IMG/VR virus record: IMGVR_UViG_2905984197_000003
Coordinates: 10,435-74,434 of that record
DNA length: 64,000 nt
DNA from: a virus
Lineage: Duplodnaviria; Caudoviricetes
Strand: one strand, 5' to 3'
Shown here: in pieces, positions 1 to 11,006 of the stretch
Layout of the letters: each line of letters begins with the position of its first letter
Numbering within the stretch: the first letter of the stretch is position 1
Position numbers and translations under genes: made by a program
Notes under the pieces: model-generated
What the model saw: the letters and a program-made list of their open reading frames with translations, nothing else
What the model was told of the DNA's origin: nothing
The model's database searches: none

Positions 1-2191
1 GAAAAATAAGCATGGGAAAACCGTCCATTGTGGTTCTAATATTAGGATCCACTAACTGAGGAGGCACTAAGTAGCCTAACTGATTCAAAGAATCTTGTGC
101 AAGTCTTGCCAAACCAATATTGTGAGAACCGGAAGACTCCATAAAATCAGCTTTGAAGGTAAATGTCTTTTCCGCCAATGAATTATCACGAAGCTTGTAT
201 TTTGAAGAATTTAATTCGCCATTTTTGAAACCTCCATTAAATTTGATTTTAAAGTTTTTTCGGGGATAATACTGAGAAGATGTCCCCTGAACATCAACAC
301 TCGCATTTACATAAGAAAACGATTTTGCAGGTTCTTGAGCATTTTCATACTCTCCAACAATTGTTTTTTTATCGCCTTTATAAGTTGGCAAATCTCCAAC
401 AATGGTTAAGCATGGAATTGATTGTAAACATTTATCATAGGACAAATTTCCGAAGGCATCGTACAATTTATTTCTCTCGTAAATGTTGACTTTTTCAACC
501 AGGTTATCCATGTCAGCAATGAAGTTCGACAACATCTGATCGGCGTTTAGATTATTATTGTAAACCCTAATATTATATAGATTAATATTACAGTCACTGC
601 TTCCAATGGTAATGTTTTGAGGAGCTTGCTGTAAAAAGCTGTCTAATGAATTATACTGATATAATGAAGATATAATTCCATTGATATACACAAACACCAA
701 TCTTTGGTCTGCAACCTTTGTAACGACTACACTTACACGGATCCTTTCTTCTTCTTTGAAAAAAATTGAAGTTCCATCCTGCTCAGAACTGAACGAAAAC
801 GAATTTGAGGTAGCAACAAATCCGACATTTCCATTTTTGCAAGAAAAAATAGTACTGTCACTGTTTTTTATATCTGAAGTTGAAAATTCAAATTCTAATG
901 TTTTACCACCTGTTTTAAAATCGTTATCAAAAATTTTGAAAGGAATCTCAACCCTCGCATTTCCGCTCACTTTAAGCGCCACAGACCCTTTTGGATCTTG
1001 AATCCAACCATTGGTGCTGAAATCAAAATCAGTAAGCGTACATGACAAGCTTTTGTACTTCCATTCGTTTTTGTTCGTTTCAGAATTACTTCGGTTTCGG
1101 CTTGATAAAAACAATTCTAAACCTAATGTTTCCGCTTCTACCTGAATATCGAAAGCAGTTACAACTACTGAAGTATTTTTCGTGACATTGCCACATTTAA
1201 AAGTCACAGTGTGCGCACCTGAGTCCATAAATGTATAGGTGAACTTCTGCAAACTTCTATTCACCAATAATTCAGAAACCTTCACTCCATCGATCAAAAT
1301 CTCAACATCGCTATAATTTGACGATGGTGAATACACCAGATATTCAATTGAAGCTGGAGCATATTGATTTGCCACAACGTTATTTGCTGACGAAACCAAA
1401 GGCGTTAAATTCCCTGCCACAACGCAGATAATATCCGTCAAAACATGATTACTTTCGATGACCTCACCAGATAAATCAGCAGTCATATATGCTTCTAAAA
1501 CATGAACTCCGTGCGATTGTGCAGGGACTTCATAAAGAAGCTCTTTGTTATTAATTGAAGTAACTACTGGCGGAAGAGCTGATCCATTTAATTTGAAATG
1601 AATTGTCTTCTCGATATTACCCGTTGGGATATACCGGAAAATGATTGGTCCCGAATTAATAGTGGTCTTGCCGTATGTAGTACTTAAAGCAAGTGCTATT
1701 GTTTGAATATCATATTTTAATTTTCTGTTATTTCCATAACTGTCCGTTATACTGAGAGTAATGGTATTATCTCCCGCCAAAATAGATGACGTGATATCTA
1801 TCTCATTGACTCCCTGGTCAATGTTTTTATTAAATAGGATCGTGTTTCCTTTTAAAATACTCGCAGTTCCCCCGCCAGTCTCACTACCATCAACGCTGTC
1901 GATGGATGACCACGAAAAAACTATTTTAACTTCACTTCCAAATGATCTTACGAACGATGCAGGTATTTCAGATTTTGCTCGGAAAACAATTCCATTGGCT
2001 CCTCCGCTTCCCCCACCACCAGTCCCATATTCACTTTCTGACTTTTCTCCTAAAGCTGAATATGCGATCTGCTTAATGATCTTTCCGTCTTCATTCTTAA
2101 TGAAAAACATGACGGGATAAGTGAAATTATCTGCAACTTCTTTATCTGATCTTTCATATTTTGTGAAATAAATTCTTCCTGTATATCTCAT
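1..2191 (-). CDS. Large phage tail-associated protein with CotH-kinase-like region (partial, runs off the left edge)
   Basis: ATG at 2191 directly after the stop of the upstream gene. In-frame motifs near 60-300: VQGTSSQYYPRKNFKIKF, KADFMESSGSHN, RTTMDGFP. Probably absent from the ORF track because it has no stop in the window. Family call is from recall. Confidence 0.65.
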   Translation of the reverse strand, partial: MRYTGRIYFTKYERSDKEVADNFTYPVMFFIKNEDGKIIKQIAYSALGEKSESEYGTGGGGSGGANGIVFRAKSEIPASFVRSFGSEVKIVFSWSSIDSVDGSETGGGTASILKGNTILFNKNIDQGVNEIDITSSILAGDNTITLSITDSYGNNRKLKYDIQTIALALSTTYGKTTINSGPIIFRYIPTGNIEKTIHFKLNGSALPPVVTSINNKELLYEVPAQSHGVHVLEAYMTADLSGEVIESNHVLTDIICVVAGNLTPLVSSANNVVANQYAPASIEYLVYSPSSNYSDVEILIDGVKVSELLVNRSLQKFTYTFMDSGAHTVTFKCGNVTKNTSVVVTAFDIQVEAETLGLELFLSSRNRSNSETNKNEWKYKSLSCTLTDFDFSTNGWIQDPKGSVALKVSGNARVEIPFKIFDNDFKTGGKTLEFEFSTSDIKNSDSTIFSCKNGNVGFVATSNSFSFSSEQDGTSIFFKEEERIRVSVVVTKVADQRLVFVYINGIISSLYQYNSLDSFLQQAPQNITIGSSDCNINLYNIRVYNNNLNADQMLSNFIADMDNLVEKVNIYERNKLYDAFGNLSYDKCLQSIPCLTIVGDLPTYKGDKKTIVGEYENAQEPAKSFSYVNASVDVQGTSSQYYPRKNFKIKFNGGFKNGELNSSKYKLRDNSLAEKTFTFKADFMESSGSHNIGLARLAQDSLNQLGYLVPPQLVDPNIRTTMDGFPMLIF

Positions 2192-2192
2192 T

Positions 2193-2945
2193 TTAATCTT
2201 CTTGTGTTAAATCAATAAAACCATCTGCTCCACCTCCAGGCATATTAACCTCAAGAACAGACCAAACAAAACCGTCAAAGGAAATTATCCCGAAATTTTC
2301 AATCGTAACTCCCGAAGCATTTTCGTAGACTCCACTCCCTGCCCAAAACCATTTTGCTGATCCCGGCTTAACAATAATATTATCAGTAGGCCTTAAAATT
2401 CCTCCAAAGGCAAAATTTGCTTCTGGACTAACTTCAGACTCTTTAAGCAATTCTATCTGCTTCCTGTTTTCTTTGATATAGTCTACGATTTCCTGAAGCT
2501 CATCAAGATTATCATCATTAGAATCTAGTATTTCGTTGATTTCTGCAATCAGCTCAAGCATTTCATTATCTTTTGCCTGAAGTATATTTACAATTTCCTC
2601 AGTTTGCTCCTTTGTATAGACATTTCCGGTCTCTTCACCATCGTCTATAGTGGCGGCTAGTTTAATTTTTAATTTTTCTTTCCATTCTTCTACATTCTTA
2701 GCAGTAAGATTGGATGCATTAAGTTTTGCGAGCACTACATAATGTGCGTTTTCATCTTGCAGATGATTTGTAAAAGTTGTGCTGGATACCGTTTTTTGAA
2801 AAGTTTCATTTAAACCCGTTACCTCATCCATCTTGATATTTTCATCTAAATGACGGAATGAAGAAAAGGTCTGCTGAAACTGATGTTCTGTGGGCATATC
2901 ACCCTTTTCAAACCAGCTAAATATTGTTTTTAATGGTACTTTCAT
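2193..2945 (-). CDS. Phage structural/fibre-adaptor-like protein, paralogue of 10141-10752
   Basis: N-terminus PLKTIFSWFEKGDMPTEHQF and motif SNDDNLDELQEIVDYIK match PLNTIFSWFETGDFPTQTQF and SDDLSLDELQEIVGFIK of the paralogue. Confidence 0.6.
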   Translation of the reverse strand: MKVPLKTIFSWFEKGDMPTEHQFQQTFSSFRHLDENIKMDEVTGLNETFQKTVSSTTFTNHLQDENAHYVVLAKLNASNLTAKNVEEWKEKLKIKLAATIDDGEETGNVYTKEQTEEIVNILQAKDNEMLELIAEINEILDSNDDNLDELQEIVDYIKENRKQIELLKESEVSPEANFAFGGILRPTDNIIVKPGSAKWFWAGSGVYENASGVTIENFGIISFDGFVWSVLEVNMPGGGADGFIDLTQED

Positions 2946-3091
2946 TATTATTGAAAATTAGTTTTGATACAATTGATCATTTGAGGGAAAGTCTATTCTT
3001 GATGGACTTATTATAGATAAATAGAATTCTATATTTTTTGAGCAATTATTGATTTCCGCCCTCTTTTATCGTACTATCAATTAGTGAATTG
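2946..3091. repeat. Conserved non-coding leader, copy B (homologous to 10753-10901)
   Basis: Shared blocks aaaattagttttgataNaattgatNatt, aatagaattctatatttNttgagcNattat and tatcaattaNtgaattg; palindrome ATAGAATTCTAT at 3021-3032. Confidence 0.85.
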
Positions 3092-3475
3092 TTAATAGGG
3101 TTGACACCTCAGAAAACATATATTTTCGCAATGTTTTTTTTGTAATTTTATTTTAAATCAACTATATTCTCTTACGTTTTTTTCTATAGTGTTTTCTTGG
3201 TATACTTTTTTTGACTCCAATGATTATTCACATTCTTTAGAGTTCAAATTTCCTGTTTTCAGGGCTTTTATAAAAGTTTTTTGACCTTGCTATGCTGTAG
3301 TTGCAGTAATAAGTATTTTCTGAGAAATAATTATTTCATTCAAAAAGGAGTAATTTATTCCATAGTATAGCATACAAAACCCATAATCAGAAAATTGCTG
3401 TCTTCAAACTATGGGCCTTGTGATAAATTACAGAAAGTTGTTCTTAATTTATTATAGAGAGTTTTTGCTTCTTAA

Positions 3476-6400
3476 TTAGATGTCATATTGCTTTGTATCA
3501 ACAGGTTTTACATCAAATTTGAATCCTTTATTAGCAGCTATACCTGTTACTTTACAAAAACCAGGAATCTTAAACATTGTCCCTACATTATCATGAGTCA
3601 CTTCTATATAGCTGTCGCTATCATTAAAGATTTCAATACGCTGCCCTAATATTGGTTTTTGTGGTAATCTTACCATTTCTCTTGTTACAATATAAATATG
3701 AGCATTTCTAGAATGTCTTACATCTCCATCTGTGTTATACAGAGGATTAAGAATCAACTGCCTAGAATTGTTATTAATGTCAATTGTATCTACTGATAGA
3801 TCTCCGGCTAGCTGAACTTTATCTTCGTCATTACCGATCTCTCTTCCTATACCAAGTAATTTTGCATCAAAATGAATATTTAATCCTTCAAATCCATTAA
3901 CTGATGAACCATATTTCAGATATTCATTTATTCTACCAGCATAAAATCTATCATTACTTAAATCTACTAATCCTACTTCTCCTCCAATAAAGTCTTCTCC
4001 CAACGCTAACAAACCATAACCTAAGCTATCCATTAGTCTAATACTTCCAAATTGTGGAGCTTGTCCTGTCCCTAAATATTGGTCAATATTATTTAGATAA
4101 GATAAATTGAAATGGGTATGTGAACTTCCTCCTCCTGTCCCGGCATTCCATGAATTAATATTAGCTTGGGTTATATTATATACAGGATGTGATGTAGGAA
4201 TGAAATTAGTATTAACCCATGTTTGTGTTGCATAATTCCCGGCTGGAATTCCACCTAAATTATCAGCATTCCTTGCACTATCTACTCTAACCCCATAAGT
4301 TTCGGAGCCATTTCCGCCTACTAATGTTGGGTAACTAGGAGTCCATTTTTGTTCTGCATCTACATTTGATTTTGAAGCGCCCCAAGGAGTTGTACCACTT
4401 GAAATATCAAATATAGTATGCCCATTTCCATAATTATTCCAGGTCATTTCTCTTAGAACTCGTCTATTAGTAATCGCTGGTTGACCTACATAGTTCCAAT
4501 GATAAGGTGGTGCTACATCTAATAACTGATTTAAGTTTACTGCATGATTTCCTAATGTACCATTGGGAATTACGGGGCTTTGATTAAATGTATTGGTGTT
4601 GTTAAACGTCTGAACTCCATTCAATGTGGCATAACTTCCCAACTGAGTATTTAAAGCAGATTGTGTAACATACCCATTCAAATTAGCAGAGGTTAGAAAT
4701 CCTTGATTGTTTACCCAACTCTGTGTTGATAATGTATAAACTGCTATCTTTACTTGTTTCGTTCCTACTGGTTCAGCTGAGTTATCAATTGAAATTACAC
4801 GATTAACAGTTGTTATACCACCGCCACCGGTCGCTATAACTTTTACTGAAAACCCTTGCCAATACCATAATCTTGGAAACCAAAAACATAGGTTTCCGTT
4901 GATGTTCATTGCAATGATAGTGGTAAGATCCGCATAGGTTGAATATCCTGATTGGTTGATGATGGTATCTGCATAGATGTAACCCTGAACTTTTGTATCC
5001 ATAGGTATGCCACCTCCGTACATATTACCCTTAATTTCTAAAAGAAAAGAGTCACCTGCAGAGTGAGAATAGTCAATATTTGTTGTGATCAACGTACCAT
5101 CTGGAAAATCTCTATGTGAATTTACATACGAATCATCCTTACTATATTTTGTAAGCTGACCGCCGCCTCCCATAAGGAAGTAATCATCGGATGAATTATT
5201 TTTAATAAAACCTTGGGCTGTCACATTATCATTAACTTGCATGTTTCCGTTAAAGTAATGGAAATAATTAGGATTTGGTGTTGACCTATAACCATGATGT
5301 CCAGTGTTATAATCCATGAAAATTCCAGAAGAATTAGAACCCCCATTTACATCAGCTCCATAGTAGTATAGATTATTGAACCATCCTGCAATAATATGGT
5401 CATTGTTTTTATCATATAATCCTGTCTCGCCTCCAAAGTAATTATCAGATAAAAATATATTTCTACCTAAACTGTTGTCGAATGGTATATTAGCTCTGAC
5501 AAACTTATTCTCATTAACCCAATTTTGACTAGCAATATTTACTTCTGTTCCATTAGAATGTTTAACATAAGGTGTTACTGCTGTACCTCCAACAAAACCT
5601 AAAGCAAATGCGCCATTTTCTGCAATTATCCTACTACCTATAATATTTTGAACATAATTTGTTGTAGCTACTTCACTATTTCCATAAAACAATTCACCTC
5701 CATAAGGTTGCAGATTTAATCGGTATGCAGTTGGGGTACCGTTTGCTCTTTGCTGTTGAATATATCCTTGTCCTGTACCTTCAACCCAATGCACAGTACC
5801 ATAATTTGCATTATCATTAGCTAAAAATAATTTATAATTTGTTGGTAAAACACCTAAATCATTAGAACCTACAGCATCTAAAGTATCAATGACAAGCCCA
5901 CCAGTCATGGTATCACCTGCTTTATTTACTTTATTGTCTGGATTGAAATTACCTTCATGATACATTTTTCTCCAAGGCGTAGAGTCTGTCCTAAAAGATA
6001 TATTTTCACCTCCTTTTTGCACTACAATTTGTGAGAACTCAGGAGTACCCATGTAGCTCATGTGAAGCAAGTTTGCATAAGCAAACGGTACGTTACCTGA
6101 TGTAATATTGGGGTAAATATTGTAAAATCCTGTTTCTTTTGGTGTATCAATATTTACATAGGCATTTGGTGAGTAGCTACCTAACCCATACAAGTGATAA
6201 TCTTCCATTATCCCCTCATGCCAAACATTAAAACCTTTATACCTGATATAATCAGTAGCAACACTTAATGAATGTTCAGGTTGCCAAGGAGCCGACCCCC
6301 AACCCATATAAACTCCATGTAAAGTATCTCCTGTTGTTAAAGCTCCAATACCTGCCAATCTATCCGAATTAGCCAAGGTTTCCCAAAATAATCCAGTAGC

Positions 6401-9106
6401 ATTAAAGGTATCTGCTTGTTGAATTGTAATAGTTCCTTGCGCACTAATTCTACCACCTTCTGTTAAAGTACCACCTGATAATGGTAGATAATTGTTTAAC
6501 TGACTTTGACTTACTTTAGCATTCCAATCACTTGCAGCACCAAAAGCCGATGTAAGAATGTTACCATCATATGTAAATAAAACTTTTTCATCATAAGTTG
6601 CACCGCCATTTGATGAAAACTGGAAAGCGTAACCTTCACTACCATCACTACCATCTCTTTTGCTACCTACCTTCCATCTTGTATTATAAAAATGATAAAC
6701 ATGTCCTGAAACAACAGTATTAACACCTGATGAAGTCTTCCAAACATCTACTTGATTGTCTTCATTACCTAGGAATGATACTTGTGATGTTGGCGCAAAA
6801 GTTTTATCAGCAATTATTGTTTGTGGTGTATGAATCGTAACTACATTACTTAAATCTGCTGATGTAGCAAAATCACTAACAGGTTTATGACTACCACCAC
6901 CTAAAAGTAAATAATCATTACTTGAGCCTTCTTTAATAAATCCTGCTGTACGAACATAATCGAAACCATTACCATTAATATTCATGAAGTAAAATTCATT
7001 ATCTCTATAACTAACAGTTCCAGCATAAAACCCAGGTTGGTGGAATGCTAATGTTGGATAAATTGTACTACCGTTACCGTTAATCATTATACCAGCACCA
7101 TTATAATCATTTCCAGTAGCACCAACAAACTCTTTTTTACCAGTAATTTGCTGTGCTGTGTTTCTTGTTACTGGGTCTAAATTACCAGCATGCCATAAGC
7201 CATACCCATTATAAGTAGGGGTTGATGCATTTGGTGATATTCTTAATCTTTGGGCTACGCCAGATTCAACAATGTTGAATTCTCCACCCAAAGATTCCAT
7301 ATGCCATTTAAGTACTCCATTTTCAGAAAATTGTAAGTGATTGTTTGATGCATTTATGTCTAATGCACCAGTCATGGTATCACCTGACTTACTAACGTAA
7401 CCAGATAATTGACTTTGGTCAACTGGATTTTGTAGATTAACATTATCCCATCCCTTTCTCCAACCAATATCCATATGTCCTGACAGTCCTCTTGTATATG
7501 ATTGACCTGTAATAACATCAACAGCAATTTGTGTAAATTCGTTTGGGCTTTTTCTATGTGTCCAAACTGAACCATAATCCAATCCAGCAGGTCTACTTGT
7601 AGTATTATCATTAATTCCTAAAATAGAAGTTTCAGCAATATCATTAAGGTTATAATTTGTAGCACCTTCTTGACTTCTACCTAAGCCATAATTTCTATAA
7701 TCAGGTAAATTACCTGCATGCCACATAACATTTCCTTTATATTGAATAATATCGGAATTAACTGAAAATGATGTACTGACTTCCCAAGGTGTTGAACCCC
7801 AACCCATATACATATATTCAAAACCTCCATTAACTGTAAGTGTACCAATACCTGATATATTCTGAGTATCATCAATAGACTGCCAAAACATTCCTGTTGC
7901 AGAACCACCTACTTCACCTTGCTGTACATAAATATTACCTCTAGCATCAATTTTACCGCCACTTGTTAAAGTCCCTCCTGATAATGGTAGATAGTTTCCC
8001 ATCTGGGAATTTAACTGTCCTAAGTTAACTGCATGGTCATTTTGAATAGCATTAGGTACTGATATGTTAGTCCTAAAGGTAGTTAACAAATCTTCTACAA
8101 CAATTTTTTCAATAGAGTTTCTATAAAAAACAACATGATTATCATTTAAAGTTCCTGCTAAAAATCCACCAGATGCAGATTGAACAAATCCTCTTGCATT
8201 TGCAGGGTCACCATTAAGAATCCATTGTGTATATGCACCAGTAAAACCTTTTATTCCATCAATATTTTGGTCGCCTGTTGTTCTTACATAACCAGATAGT
8301 TGACTTTGGTCTACTTTGGCATTCCATAAATTAGCAGAACCAAAATTAGATGTTAGTATATTACCATCAGGTTGAATTAAAACTTTTTCATCATAAGTTG
8401 CACCAGCATCATCAGATAACTGAAAACTTAATCCTAAACTATTATCGCTACCTCCTCTTTTATTACCTACTAACCAATTGGTGTTGTAATGGACATATTC
8501 ATGTCCAGAAACTACTCCTATATCTCCTGTGGTTTTTCTGAATACTTTTACGTGATTTAAATCACTCCCTAAAAACTCAACTGCTGAAATAGGTGAAAAA
8601 TACTTATTGGCTATAATAACTTGATTTGTATTTAAAGTAACAAAATTAGCATTAACCCAGTTCATAGTTGCTCCTTGGGTTTGTGTCCAATTATAAGCAA
8701 TTGCCCAATCTATTGCACTTCCATAATTTAAAGTGGCAATATTTCCTTTTGAGTAAATTCCGTTAGCTGGAATGTATTGTTGGTCTGAATATTCATCAGA
8801 AGTTAATAAACCTCCAGTATTTATTTTTTTAGCTGTAACACCACCATTTGTAAGAAATGAAAAATTTGCACCACTATCATCATCAATACCTCTATAACTA
8901 CCATTATCATATTTTTGCCAATAGTTTCCTAATTGATTTGATGTTACTAAATTTAAGTCAGAAATAAGTTCTGTATGTGTTCTTCTACTAATTTTTTTTG
9001 TAGTAGGGTTCCAAACCAAAACAAAACCTGCATCGTTTGGAACGCTTTTCACGATAATTTCGCCTTCAACGGCGACGTGATTATTAAAATATTCAGGTGC
9101 GATCAT
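3476..9106 (-). CDS. Long modular tail fibre / receptor-binding protein (1876 aa) with internal duplications
   Basis: Gly/Asn/Thr-rich; fibre motifs YLPLSGGTL, K(S/A)GDTMTG, WHAGNL, HAVNLxQL; two large duplicated blocks. Confidence 0.8.
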   Translation of the reverse strand: MIAPEYFNNHVAVEGEIIVKSVPNDAGFVLVWNPTTKKISRRTHTELISDLNLVTSNQLGNYWQKYDNGSYRGIDDDSGANFSFLTNGGVTAKKINTGGLLTSDEYSDQQYIPANGIYSKGNIATLNYGSAIDWAIAYNWTQTQGATMNWVNANFVTLNTNQVIIANKYFSPISAVEFLGSDLNHVKVFRKTTGDIGVVSGHEYVHYNTNWLVGNKRGGSDNSLGLSFQLSDDAGATYDEKVLIQPDGNILTSNFGSANLWNAKVDQSQLSGYVRTTGDQNIDGIKGFTGAYTQWILNGDPANARGFVQSASGGFLAGTLNDNHVVFYRNSIEKIVVEDLLTTFRTNISVPNAIQNDHAVNLGQLNSQMGNYLPLSGGTLTSGGKIDARGNIYVQQGEVGGSATGMFWQSIDDTQNISGIGTLTVNGGFEYMYMGWGSTPWEVSTSFSVNSDIIQYKGNVMWHAGNLPDYRNYGLGRSQEGATNYNLNDIAETSILGINDNTTSRPAGLDYGSVWTHRKSPNEFTQIAVDVITGQSYTRGLSGHMDIGWRKGWDNVNLQNPVDQSQLSGYVSKSGDTMTGALDINASNNHLQFSENGVLKWHMESLGGEFNIVESGVAQRLRISPNASTPTYNGYGLWHAGNLDPVTRNTAQQITGKKEFVGATGNDYNGAGIMINGNGSTIYPTLAFHQPGFYAGTVSYRDNEFYFMNINGNGFDYVRTAGFIKEGSSNDYLLLGGGSHKPVSDFATSADLSNVVTIHTPQTIIADKTFAPTSQVSFLGNEDNQVDVWKTSSGVNTVVSGHVYHFYNTRWKVGSKRDGSDGSEGYAFQFSSNGGATYDEKVLFTYDGNILTSAFGAASDWNAKVSQSQLNNYLPLSGGTLTEGGRISAQGTITIQQADTFNATGLFWETLANSDRLAGIGALTTGDTLHGVYMGWGSAPWQPEHSLSVATDYIRYKGFNVWHEGIMEDYHLYGLGSYSPNAYVNIDTPKETGFYNIYPNITSGNVPFAYANLLHMSYMGTPEFSQIVVQKGGENISFRTDSTPWRKMYHEGNFNPDNKVNKAGDTMTGGLVIDTLDAVGSNDLGVLPTNYKLFLANDNANYGTVHWVEGTGQGYIQQQRANGTPTAYRLNLQPYGGELFYGNSEVATTNYVQNIIGSRIIAENGAFALGFVGGTAVTPYVKHSNGTEVNIASQNWVNENKFVRANIPFDNSLGRNIFLSDNYFGGETGLYDKNNDHIIAGWFNNLYYYGADVNGGSNSSGIFMDYNTGHHGYRSTPNPNYFHYFNGNMQVNDNVTAQGFIKNNSSDDYFLMGGGGQLTKYSKDDSYVNSHRDFPDGTLITTNIDYSHSAGDSFLLEIKGNMYGGGIPMDTKVQGYIYADTIINQSGYSTYADLTTIIAMNINGNLCFWFPRLWYWQGFSVKVIATGGGGITTVNRVISIDNSAEPVGTKQVKIAVYTLSTQSWVNNQGFLTSANLNGYVTQSALNTQLGSYATLNGVQTFNNTNTFNQSPVIPNGTLGNHAVNLNQLLDVAPPYHWNYVGQPAITNRRVLREMTWNNYGNGHTIFDISSGTTPWGASKSNVDAEQKWTPSYPTLVGGNGSETYGVRVDSARNADNLGGIPAGNYATQTWVNTNFIPTSHPVYNITQANINSWNAGTGGGSSHTHFNLSYLNNIDQYLGTGQAPQFGSIRLMDSLGYGLLALGEDFIGGEVGLVDLSNDRFYAGRINEYLKYGSSVNGFEGLNIHFDAKLLGIGREIGNDEDKVQLAGDLSVDTIDINNNSRQLILNPLYNTDGDVRHSRNAHIYIVTREMVRLPQKPILGQRIEIFNDSDSYIEVTHDNVGTMFKIPGFCKVTGIAANKGFKFDVKPVDTKQYDI

Positions 9107-10125
9107 TAATCCAATCTTGCGGTTAAGGTTATTCTATATTCATTCGGTGTTAACGGTGCCAAAACATCTATCTGTACATCATTTTCTGTAATTGGGACAC
9201 AGCTTACATTTATTCTTCTGTTATCTGCATTTCGGTAGCAGGTATAATCAACATTCCTGGTATTCCAATTATGATTAATAGGAAAAGTAACGGAAGAGCC
9301 ATCTCCGATCAGCACTGTTTTAGATTTGATTTTTGCATCCAAAACAACTTTTGTAGATCTTGGAGTCATTGCTTTAACAGCGTCAGTTCCCGCAATAGCT
9401 TCAACATCTGTGGCTATTTGAATAAGCCCTTTCACTGTATCGGTAGCATCTACAATGTCAGGAATACCTTTTTCTATAATCTGATAATTGGTAGAAACAT
9501 TCGAAGCGTTATCAATATTAGCAATAAGATGATCACCGATAGAAACAGGCTCATTGCCAACCCAGCCATTTGCCGTAATTACCCATACCATACCTGTTTT
9601 GATGGTCGCCGATGTCATTGGTGACGGAGCGGTCATTGAGCCTTTAGCAGTTGAAGGAATATAACCTCCGGGCTGATAAATCAATGCTCCTGTAAGGCTT
9701 TGTCCTATAAAGTTTTCGACATACGTTTTAATCTTATTGGATGACCATGTAAATGTATTTGACTGAGTAGCATCATTCAGGAAAATAGAAACAATATCTG
9801 CATTGGTAAGATTTCGGCCCGCTACTTTAATAACATGCCCTGAACTATTGGTCAGGATCTGACTCAGCAACAAAAGTCCGTTGGTCTGATCTGTCTGAAA
9901 AGGATTATTAGTCAACGGATAATCAGGATGTACGTAATTTTGAGCCAAGTCAATCCATTCGGTTCCGTTCCATTGGTGCAACTGACGTTTATAATCAATT
10001 ATCCAACCTGCAGGTACATTATCCGTACTTGGAAATGTATCAAAATATTGAAAACGGGTGCGTTTCAGTTCTCCGAAAAAATTATCCTGATGTGCGTTAT
10101 TACTTATTATTGCGTTATTATTCAT
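9106..10125 (-). CDS. Tail fibre-associated protein
   Basis: 339 aa; fibre-repeat motif DATDTVKGLIQIATDVEAIAGTDAVKAMTP; stop/start overlap with the long fibre gene. Confidence 0.7.
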   Translation of the reverse strand: MNNNAIISNNAHQDNFFGELKRTRFQYFDTFPSTDNVPAGWIIDYKRQLHQWNGTEWIDLAQNYVHPDYPLTNNPFQTDQTNGLLLLSQILTNSSGHVIKVAGRNLTNADIVSIFLNDATQSNTFTWSSNKIKTYVENFIGQSLTGALIYQPGGYIPSTAKGSMTAPSPMTSATIKTGMVWVITANGWVGNEPVSIGDHLIANIDNASNVSTNYQIIEKGIPDIVDATDTVKGLIQIATDVEAIAGTDAVKAMTPRSTKVVLDAKIKSKTVLIGDGSSVTFPINHNWNTRNVDYTCYRNADNRRINVSCVPITENDVQIDVLAPLTPNEYRITLTARLD

Positions 10126-10140
10126 AGTTTTTTTATTTTT

Positions 10141-10752
10141 TTATGGTTTAACTTTTAAAATGAGAATGTTAATTGGGTTAGGAAGATCTCCTAACATCTT
10201 AATCTCTATGGTTTGGTTGGTTGCGTAATCGTCAATATTTATTTTTTTACCCGTTACACTATCCCGTGCCTGAATGATCACGTTTTCCGTTTCAAGGGTA
10301 TTGGGGAAAACTGTACTTCCCGTAATTTGTACCACTGCACTTGTAGGGGTCTGTGAAATGAGCAAAACTTTATCATAGATTTGCTTATTAAATTCCTGTT
10401 GATTTTTGGGGCTCTGTAACCAATCGTAGTCAAGTAATAGCTTTACTTTATCTTCTCTTGATTCACCGATCGGAATAGCTTTTAAAGCTTCAATATCCTC
10501 ACGGCTTTTTTTAATGAAACCGACTATTTCCTGAAGCTCATCTAAAGACAGATCATCAGATAACAGTTTCTTTTTAATACCTTCTATCTCCAATTCAAAT
10601 GATTGAAAAACTTCTTGAAGTCCTTCAATATTTTCCTTAGGGATTAAATATTCTTTGTGATAAAAAGATAAAAACGTTTCTTTAAACTGTGTTTGCGTCG
10701 GAAAATCTCCAGTTTCAAACCAACTGAAGATTGTATTTAATGGTGTACTCAT
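10141..10752 (-). CDS. Phage structural/fibre-adaptor-like protein, paralogue of 2193-2945
   Basis: WFETGDFPTQTQF N-terminus and LDELQEIV motif shared with 2193-2945. Confidence 0.6.
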   Translation of the reverse strand: MSTPLNTIFSWFETGDFPTQTQFKETFLSFYHKEYLIPKENIEGLQEVFQSFELEIEGIKKKLLSDDLSLDELQEIVGFIKKSREDIEALKAIPIGESREDKVKLLLDYDWLQSPKNQQEFNKQIYDKVLLISQTPTSAVVQITGSTVFPNTLETENVIIQARDSVTGKKINIDDYATNQTIEIKMLGDLPNPINILILKVKP

Positions 10753-10901
10753 TTAATGATTAAAAATTAGTTTTGATAAAATTGATAATTGGAGAAAGGC
10801 CTGTATCGTTCACAGGTTGATTGCTTGAATAGAATTCTATATTTCTTGAGCGATTATGGATTTTTCACCCCTTTTTATCACCCTTATCAATTAATGAATT
10901 G
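10753..10901. repeat. Conserved non-coding leader, copy A (homologous to 2946-3091)
   Basis: Same three conserved blocks as copy B; palindrome ATAGAATTCTAT at 10829-10840. Confidence 0.85.
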
Positions 10902-11006
10902 CATGGTCATCATCAAGAAAACCATGCTTTAGTTGTATTGCTATCAAAGTCACCCATTCAAAATAAAATGACTTTAAATGCAATACGAATTACAGTTTTT
11001 AAAATT

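Noticed and set aside
240-300. Apparent frameshift in the large left-edge gene at YYPRKNF
   Set aside because: Recounting the C4/A6 runs shows the motif stays in the frame of the ATG at 2191.
3476-9106. Diversity-generating retroelement (TR/VR pair) in the fibre gene repeats
   Set aside because: The repeats are in-frame, differ at all base types rather than only adenines, and no reverse transcriptase gene is in the window.
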